A stretch of DNA of 64,000 bases from NCBI GenBank assembly GCA_030765185.1, contig JAVCDE010000003.1, positions 38 to 64,037 of the forward strand. The letters run 5' to 3'. Below, piece after piece: positions 58,238 through 64,000 of the stretch. The position numbers and the translations under genes are program-made. The DNA comes from Candidatus Aceula meridiana. GTDB taxonomy: Bacteria > Omnitrophota > Gorgyraeia > Zapsychrales > Aceulaceae. The notes beneath the pieces were generated by a model. It did no database searches. It was given only the letters and a program-made list of their open reading frames with translations, and was not told the DNA's origin. Every line of letters begins with the position of its first letter. Position 1 is the first letter of the stretch.

Positions 58238-59095
58238 ATGAGAGTTCAGGGAAATCCTTTATTATTTCGCAAAGTAACAATTATTGGAATTGGACTTCTG
58301 GGTGGATCCATTGGGATGGCGATTAAAAAGCAACGCCTTGCCCGAGAGGTTGTGGGTGTTTCGCGGCGCCAGGCAACACTTAGCTACGCACTGCGAAACA
58401 AAATTGTAGACAAGGTTACAAGTGATATTACCAAATCGCTAGAAAATGCAGATTTAGTAATTCTTGCAACGCCGGTTAAAACAATTGTGACACTTTTAGC
58501 TAACATCGGCAAACACCTAAAACGTGGATGCATTGTTATGGATGTCGGAAGCACAAAATCAACCATTGTTGAGGTTGCGCATAAACATCTACCGGCACAT
58601 GTTTCTTTCGTGGGGGCACATCCTTTGGCTGGTTCTGAGAAAAAAGGTGTTGAGTTTAGCAGTGCGCAATTATTCGATGGGAGTTTTTGCGTTTTAACGT
58701 CTACGGAAAAAACAAATAAGCAGGCCGAAGAAAAAATAAAATCGCTTTGGACTCATGTCGGGTCTAAGATCAAAGTAGTTTCTCCAAGTGAGCACGATAA
58801 AATTTTAGCCTACACTTCTCATGTGCCGCATCTTTTAGCCTATGGCATGATTGAGGCAATTCCCGAAAAATATCTTGAGTATGGGTCGACAGGTCTTAAG
58901 GACACAACGCGCATTGCCGGATCAAATCCGCAACTCTGGAGTGATATCTCAATGGAGAATTCAAAGAATATCTTAAATGTTCTTGATGAGGTTGTTAAAA
59001 CTCTTTCAGTGTATAGGCAAGCTGTTGCCTCAAGAAATGAGTCTGTTTTAACTGAAAAGTTTAAAAGTTCTAAAAGTAAACGCGATGCCATCTAA
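58238..59095 (+). CDS. tyrA: Prephenate dehydrogenase
   Basis: Rossmann motif VTIIGIGLLGGSIG plus PDH C-terminal domain; aromatic amino acid gene cluster context. Confidence 0.85.
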   Translation: MRVQGNPLLFRKVTIIGIGLLGGSIGMAIKKQRLAREVVGVSRRQATLSYALRNKIVDKVTSDITKSLENADLVILATPVKTIVTLLANIGKHLKRGCIVMDVGSTKSTIVEVAHKHLPAHVSFVGAHPLAGSEKKGVEFSSAQLFDGSFCVLTSTEKTNKQAEEKIKSLWTHVGSKIKVVSPSEHDKILAYTSHVPHLLAYGMIEAIPEKYLEYGSTGLKDTTRIAGSNPQLWSDISMENSKNILNVLDEVVKTLSVYRQAVASRNESVLTEKFKSSKSKRDAI

Positions 59096-59771
59096 TCCAC
59101 AAAATACTGTTGTCGTAGCCATTGACGGGCCAGCTGGTGCCGGAAAAAGTACTATTGCTAAAGCCGTTGCGAAGCACTTAGGCTTTACCTATCTAGACAC
59201 GGGTGCGATGTATCGATCTTTAACGCTTAAGGCATTAAAACAGAATGTTAATCTTGAGAGCGAAGAGGATTTAGTTAAGCTTGCAGAGAACACTCTGATT
59301 GACCTTATTGTCAGCGAAGATCATCAGCTTAAAGTTCTTTTAGATAATGAAGATGTTACTGAAGAAATTCGCACGGTAGAGGTTACGAATAACACTTTCT
59401 TTATAGCACGCACGCCTGGTGTCCGAACCATTATGGTTGATCGCCAGAGAGAGATTGGTGGTTCAAATAATATTGTAGCTGAAGGAAGGGATATCGGAAC
59501 AGTTGTTTTTCCAGCTGCAAAAAAGAAATTTTATCTTGATGCCAACCTTGAAGAGCGCTCTCAGAGACGCTTTAAAGAGCTAGCAGAAAAAGGAAAGCAA
59601 GTCGAACCTAAGGATATTCAGACTGATCTTCAAGACAGGGATCATAAAGATTTTACACGGAAAGTCGGTGCTTTAAAGATTGCTGATGACGCCATTGTCA
59701 TCGACTCCACACACATGTCCATCGAAGACGTTGTAAGCCACATTATTGAAATTGTTGTACAAAATGGATAA
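59085..59771 (+). CDS. cmk: Cytidylate kinase
   Basis: VVAIDGPAGAGKSTIAKAVAKHLGFTYLDTGAMYR. Confidence 0.9.
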   Translation: MPSNPQNTVVVAIDGPAGAGKSTIAKAVAKHLGFTYLDTGAMYRSLTLKALKQNVNLESEEDLVKLAENTLIDLIVSEDHQLKVLLDNEDVTEEIRTVEVTNNTFFIARTPGVRTIMVDRQREIGGSNNIVAEGRDIGTVVFPAAKKKFYLDANLEERSQRRFKELAEKGKQVEPKDIQTDLQDRDHKDFTRKVGALKIADDAIVIDSTHMSIEDVVSHIIEIVVQNG

Positions 59772-61554
59772 ATCCCTCATTCGTAATTTTTCTATTATTG
59801 CTCATATCGATCACGGTAAGTCTACCTTAGCGGATAGGATGATGCTTTATACCGGCGCGATCGATGAGCGAAAATTTCATAATCAACTTTTAGATGACAT
59901 GGATCTTGAGCGTGAGCGAGGAATCACGATTAAGGCTTCGGCCGTTCGCCTTAAATATAAAGCTACCGATGGCAAGACTTATATGCTTAATCTTATTGAT
60001 ACCCCTGGGCATGTTGATTTCACATATGAGGTTGAGAAATCTTTACGTGCTTGCGAAGGTGCATTGCTTGTTGTTGATGCTTCTCAAGGGGTAGAGTCGC
60101 AAACAATTGGTAATTTTTATCTTGGTATTGAGAGCAACCTTGAGATGCTTCCTGTTGTTAACAAAATTGATATTGCTAATATTGATTTAAGTATCGCAAA
60201 AAATGAACTTCAGGAAATTTTTGGTTTTAAGGAAAAAGATACGGTTTTTGTCTCGGCAAAAGAAGGGACAGGAATCAAAGAACTCTTAGAAAAGATTGTT
60301 GAGTTTATTCCTCCTCCTGAGGGTGATGACAGCGCTCCTGTCCAGGCCCTTATTTTTGATTCAAAGTATGATGTCTATAAAGGGGTCGTCGTCTATATCC
60401 GTCTAATCAATGGTGTTTTAAAGCCAAACATGAAAATTAAGATGATGCATCTTGATAAGGAATTTACTGTTGAGGAAATAGGTATTTTAAAACCTGAAGC
60501 GGAAAAAGTAAAACAGCTGACAGCTGGTGAAGTTGGATACATTACTTGCAACATTCGCGACCCAAGCGAGGTTCATGTTGGAGACACAGTTACGGATGCT
60601 AGCAATCCTACGGAAAAGCCATTAGAAGGCTACCGTCAGTTAAAGCCTCTTGTTTTTGCCGGCATGTATCCGGAGAATTCTAAAGATTTTATGAACTTGC
60701 GTGAAGCCATTGAGAAGCTGCGCCTTAACGATCCTAGTTTTGTTTATGAGCCGGAATCATCGCAATCGTTTGGACATGGATTTAGGTGTGGTTTTTTAGG
60801 ACTTTTGCATATGGAAATTGTGCAAGAGAGACTTCAGCGGGAATTTAACTTAAATTTAATTCTAACAACTCCTAATGTTAGTTATCGTATTGTTAAGAAA
60901 AATAAAGAGGTCGTTGAAATTGAAAGTCCGTCGCAGCTTCCGGATTTAACAGAAATCGATCAAATTGAAGAGCCGATTTTAAGTGTTTCTGTTTTTACGC
61001 CTGTTGGCACAATGGATGCGGTTATGGAGTTTTCCAAACGTAAGCGAGCTGTTTATCAAGAAAGCAGTTACGTCTCTGATCGTATGAAAATTGTTTTTGA
61101 TGTCCCACTTTCTGAAGTTATTGTTGATTTTAATGATTTGGTTAAGTCAGCGACTCGCGGCTATGGTTCGATTGATTATGAATTTAAAGGATACCAAGTA
61201 ACACAAATTGTTAAGATGGATATTTTAATCAACGGTAAGATATGTGATGCTTTTTCGTGTTTGGTACATAAAGAACGTTCCTATGAAAAAGGGCAGTCAT
61301 TGGTCTCTAAATTAAAAGAACTTATTCCTCAGCAGCTTTTTGAAGTGCGTATTCAGGCCTCATGTAATGGGCGAATTCTCTCAAGCGCAAAGGTGCGTGC
61401 TGTTGGAAAGAATGTAACGGCGAAGTGTTATGGGGGAGACATTTCGCGCAAACGTAAACTTTGGGAAAAACAAAAGGAAGGGAAAAAGCGTCTTAAGCAA
61501 ATTGGTCAAGTTGAAATTCCTCAAGAGGCTTTTTTAGCGGTATTAAAATTATGA
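59764..61554 (+). CDS. lepA: Translation elongation factor 4 (LepA)
   Basis: G domain IRNFSIIAHIDHGKST...DTPGHVDF and LepA-specific C-terminal domain; ATG at 59764. Confidence 0.95.
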   Translation: MDKSLIRNFSIIAHIDHGKSTLADRMMLYTGAIDERKFHNQLLDDMDLERERGITIKASAVRLKYKATDGKTYMLNLIDTPGHVDFTYEVEKSLRACEGALLVVDASQGVESQTIGNFYLGIESNLEMLPVVNKIDIANIDLSIAKNELQEIFGFKEKDTVFVSAKEGTGIKELLEKIVEFIPPPEGDDSAPVQALIFDSKYDVYKGVVVYIRLINGVLKPNMKIKMMHLDKEFTVEEIGILKPEAEKVKQLTAGEVGYITCNIRDPSEVHVGDTVTDASNPTEKPLEGYRQLKPLVFAGMYPENSKDFMNLREAIEKLRLNDPSFVYEPESSQSFGHGFRCGFLGLLHMEIVQERLQREFNLNLILTTPNVSYRIVKKNKEVVEIESPSQLPDLTEIDQIEEPILSVSVFTPVGTMDAVMEFSKRKRAVYQESSYVSDRMKIVFDVPLSEVIVDFNDLVKSATRGYGSIDYEFKGYQVTQIVKMDILINGKICDAFSCLVHKERSYEKGQSLVSKLKELIPQQLFEVRIQASCNGRILSSAKVRAVGKNVTAKCYGGDISRKRKLWEKQKEGKKRLKQIGQVEIPQEAFLAVLKL

Positions 61555-62138
61555 ATTTTAAAAAATATTTACACAAAAGTCATCCTGTCCGAGAGTGGGG
61601 TGAGTCCATTATTATTGCGTTTTTTTTGGCGATGGTGATTCGTACTTTTTTCATTCAAGCGTTTAAAATTCCAACTGGATCGATGCGCATGACACTTATA
61701 GAAGGAGACCGTATCCTTGTTGACAAACTGCGCTATGGTCCTATGATTCCTTTTAGCGATATCCGTCTTCCTGGATTTGGGTCTTTAGAGAGAGGGGATG
61801 TCGTTGTTTTTAAATATCCGGTAAATCCTAAGCGGGATTTTATTAAACGTTTTATCGCGTTTCCCGGGGAGACTGTTGAGATTATCGATGGGGATATCTA
61901 TATTGATGGAACGCTTATTGAGGATTCACGGATAAAAAATACTTTTTATTATAACCGTGGAAAGTATGGTATGCGGCATCAAAAGGTAACGGTACCTGAA
62001 GATCATTATTTTGTTTTAGGCGACAATAGTTCTTCTAGTATGGATAGCCGTTTTTGGGGATTTGTCCCTGAGTCGTATTTAATTGGAAGAGCTGAATTTA
62101 TTTATTGGCCAGTAACCAGAATTAGGAAGATAAAATAA
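61551..62138 (+). CDS. lepB: Signal peptidase I
   Basis: IPTGSM catalytic Ser box, KRxxxxPGE, GDNSSSSMDSR. Confidence 0.9.
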   Translation: MNFKKYLHKSHPVREWGESIIIAFFLAMVIRTFFIQAFKIPTGSMRMTLIEGDRILVDKLRYGPMIPFSDIRLPGFGSLERGDVVVFKYPVNPKRDFIKRFIAFPGETVEIIDGDIYIDGTLIEDSRIKNTFYYNRGKYGMRHQKVTVPEDHYFVLGDNSSSSMDSRFWGFVPESYLIGRAEFIYWPVTRIRKIK

Positions 62139-62407
62139 TGAAAATTTTATTTTTACTTATTTGCTTTTTGTCTTTTATCGGATGCCAGACATGCTTTACG
62201 TGCCGAGGTAGCTCGCCTAAAGCAATAGTAAACCCTAAAGGCGAAAGCGATCAGGAAGTTCAATCTGCCATTGAGTCTGTTGCCGGCGCTGTAACCCAGA
62301 CAAAAGTTTATATCAGATATTGCCCTGTCTGTGGTAGACGTTTTAGTCCAGATCAAGAAAAGTGTCCGTATGATGGCAGTGAATTGAAAGATTTAAAAGA
62401 GGAATAG
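62138..62407 (+). CDS. Small putative lipoprotein with C-terminal zinc-ribbon (CPVCGRRF...CPYDG)
   Basis: Lipobox-like SFIGC; two CxxC pairs. Confidence 0.4.
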   Translation: MKILFLLICFLSFIGCQTCFTCRGSSPKAIVNPKGESDQEVQSAIESVAGAVTQTKVYIRYCPVCGRRFSPDQEKCPYDGSELKDLKEE

Positions 62408-62968
62408 ATGAGTTTAACCTTGGCCAATAAATTAACCATCGGAAGAATTCTAGCTGTTCCTTTCTTTATTGCCTCGTTAATTTATTATGTTCCTGAGCGT
62501 GATTATTTGCGTTATTTTGCTTTGGGGATTTTTTTGCTGGCCATTATTACCGATGTGATTGATGGATATGTCGCTCGGCGCCACCATCAGAAGACTGAAG
62601 CAGGGGCGATTTTGGATCCTTTGGCAGATAAGTTTCTTTTAATCAGTGCTTTTGTATGTCTTTATAAAGTTAAAGAAATAAGCGGTAGCTTGGGGGTTCC
62701 AATGTCTATTTTGCTTATTGTGATTAGCCGCGATGCAATTTTATTAACTGGGTCAGCTGTAATATATATGGTTAACAGTAAAATCGATATCGTGCCAACA
62801 AAATGGGGTAAGGCTACAACATTTCTTCAAGTTGTTGCTATCGTTGGAGTTTTTTTGAGATTACCTATTTTTCCTATTGCATGGTATGCTGTCGCCGGTA
62901 TAACAATTATTTCAGGGCTTGATTATGTTCGAAATGGAATGAAGGCGCTTAATGTTAATGTTAATTAA
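62408..62968 (+). CDS. pgsA: CDP-diacylglycerol--glycerol-3-phosphate 3-phosphatidyltransferase (CDP-alcohol phosphatidyltransferase family)
   Basis: DVIDGYVARRHHQKTEAGAILDPLADK CDP-OH transferase motif. Confidence 0.85.
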   Translation: MSLTLANKLTIGRILAVPFFIASLIYYVPERDYLRYFALGIFLLAIITDVIDGYVARRHHQKTEAGAILDPLADKFLLISAFVCLYKVKEISGSLGVPMSILLIVISRDAILLTGSAVIYMVNSKIDIVPTKWGKATTFLQVVAIVGVFLRLPIFPIAWYAVAGITIISGLDYVRNGMKALNVNVN

Positions 62969-63587
62969 ATTGATTTTTGGACTTGGACTTTCTTATTTCT
63001 TAGGGTCTATTCCGACAGCTTATATTTTCGGAAAGCTTTATAAGGGAATTGATATTCGTGAGCATGGGTCTAAGAATGTTGGAGCGACAAATGTCTTTCG
63101 AACTCTCGGGAAAGTTCCGGGATCGATTGTCCTTACCCTTGATATTTTAAAAGGTGTTGTCGCTGTTGTTGCTGTTTCATACTTTATACAGGTGGACCAG
63201 GTAGTTTTTTATATTCTCTTTGGAGTTGCTGCTGTTTGTGGACACAATTGGACTGTTTTTTTGAATTTTAAAGGAGGCAAGGGGGTCGCTACAAGCCTTG
63301 GTGTTTTGATAGGGCTGACCATTAAAATTGCTTCTTTGCGTCTTGTTCTTGCTTTTGTGGTTTTGATCTGGACAACTGTTTTTCTTTCTACTGGATATGT
63401 ATCTCTTGCCTCTATGATTGCGGTTGTTTTTTTGCCGCTTTTAATGCTTATTTTTACCCAGTCTTTGGCCCTTATTATTCTTGGCATTGTTTTTTGTATT
63501 TTTGTTGTTTTGCGCCATCGTCCGAATATCCAGAGGCTTCTTAACCGTAAGGAATCCCGCGTTAAACTACCATTTTGTCGTCGATAA
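62952..63587 (+). CDS. plsY: Glycerol-3-phosphate acyltransferase PlsY
   Basis: GSKNVGATNVFR and HNWTVFLNFKGGKGVAT motifs. Confidence 0.85.
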   Translation: MLMLIKLIFGLGLSYFLGSIPTAYIFGKLYKGIDIREHGSKNVGATNVFRTLGKVPGSIVLTLDILKGVVAVVAVSYFIQVDQVVFYILFGVAAVCGHNWTVFLNFKGGKGVATSLGVLIGLTIKIASLRLVLAFVVLIWTTVFLSTGYVSLASMIAVVFLPLLMLIFTQSLALIILGIVFCIFVVLRHRPNIQRLLNRKESRVKLPFCRR

Positions 63588-63779
63588 AAAGAAAGCGGTT
63601 TCTTTTTATCCTTCTACAAAAAGACAAGAAAATCTTTTTTGGCCTAAAGTATTTCATCTTTTTTTCTTCTGTTTTTTTAATCTATTCTTTTTCTTACCGT
63701 CGGGGAATAGAAAAAATCTTTATTTTGAAGAAAACGTTTCCTTTTTTGGTCTTAGTTGACCTTGTTTTTGTAACCTCCG

Positions 63780-63917
63780 ATGTTATACTCGAGGCAGATA
63801 TTAAAGCCACGGGAAACCGAGATTGCAAGGTCCCCACCAGTCATGGAGGACGATAAGCCGAGTTGCCCGGGAACGGATGACTCGGCTTTGACTAAAAAGG
63901 GAAGGACGATAAGATGA
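63780..63917 (+). promoter_or_regulatory. Structured 5' leader of the last gene: extended -10 (TGtTATACT, about 63776-63788), hairpin GCCGAGT-N16-ACTCGGC, duplicated GGAGGACGATAAG / GGAAGGACGATAAG boxes and a possible 24-codon uORF (63843-63917) whose TGA overlaps the main ATG
   Basis: All elements read directly; function not assignable to a known riboswitch class. Confidence 0.3.
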
Positions 63918-64000
63918 AAGAAATAGCTTTCAAAAACATAACGTCCGTGCGAAAACGTAGAAAAATTATCTCTCTTGTAGAAAAGACCGAGAAAGATGGT
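63914..64000 (+). CDS. 5' end of a CDS (MKEIAFKNITSVRKRRKIISLVEKTEKDG...), function unknown, runs off the window
   Basis: ATG with GGAAGGA RBS; open to window end. Confidence 0.3.
   Translation, partial: MKEIAFKNITSVRKRRKIISLVEKTEKDG

Noticed and set aside
63481-63856. 92- and 93-aa ORFs in the T-rich region after plsY
   Set aside because: They are low-complexity Phe/Leu/Lys-rich translations of a homopolymer-rich intergenic leader. They have no RBS and overlap the predicted promoter/leader of the next gene.

Overview
Gene-dense ~64 kb chromosomal segment from a low-GC (~38-40%) bacterium. Nearly all genes are on the + strand; the only minus-strand block is an acyl-CoA dehydrogenase/EtfB/EtfA operon. 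In order, the window contains: (1) a small glycan-assembly cluster (PglC-like phosphoglycosyl transferase, PglF/CapD-like membrane dehydratase, two tandem Wzy_C 'O-antigen ligase-like' paralogs); (2) pgk-tpiA-secG; (3) an Opp/Dpp-type ABC transporter (substrate-binding protein, two permeases, two ATPases); (4) a TPR-tailed polytopic membrane protein and glgC; (5) a 1813-aa ORFan giant protein flanked by identical 36-bp palindromic terminator hairpins; (6) the divergent acd-etfB-etfA operon (EtfA with N-terminal 2x[4Fe-4S] ferredoxin domain); (7) a small HTH_17 protein, an ACP-like protein and smc; (8) a complete type IV pilus locus (PilZ, MshEN-type PilB, PilC, pilin, PilM-PilN fusion, PilO, PilP, PilQ secretin with 18-bp tandem repeats, a 742-aa pilin-like protein, two minor pseudopilins); (9) housekeeping genes cvpA, nif3-like, dnaG, rpoD, tRNA-Met(CAT), tRNA-Val(CAC), a COG1579 zinc-ribbon protein, rnhA, an RNase P RNA gene that the ORF track cannot show and that overlaps the 3' end of rnhA, yebC, ruvC, ruvA, scpB, pheA, hisC, DAHP synthase, tyrA, cmk, lepA, lepB, pgsA, plsY. 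No CRISPR array, transposase or integrase was seen. Features located by hand-counting positions in the printed sequence (promoters, hairpins, RNA genes) may be off by 1-2 nt; CDS coordinates come from the ORF track, with start codons refined by codon offset.
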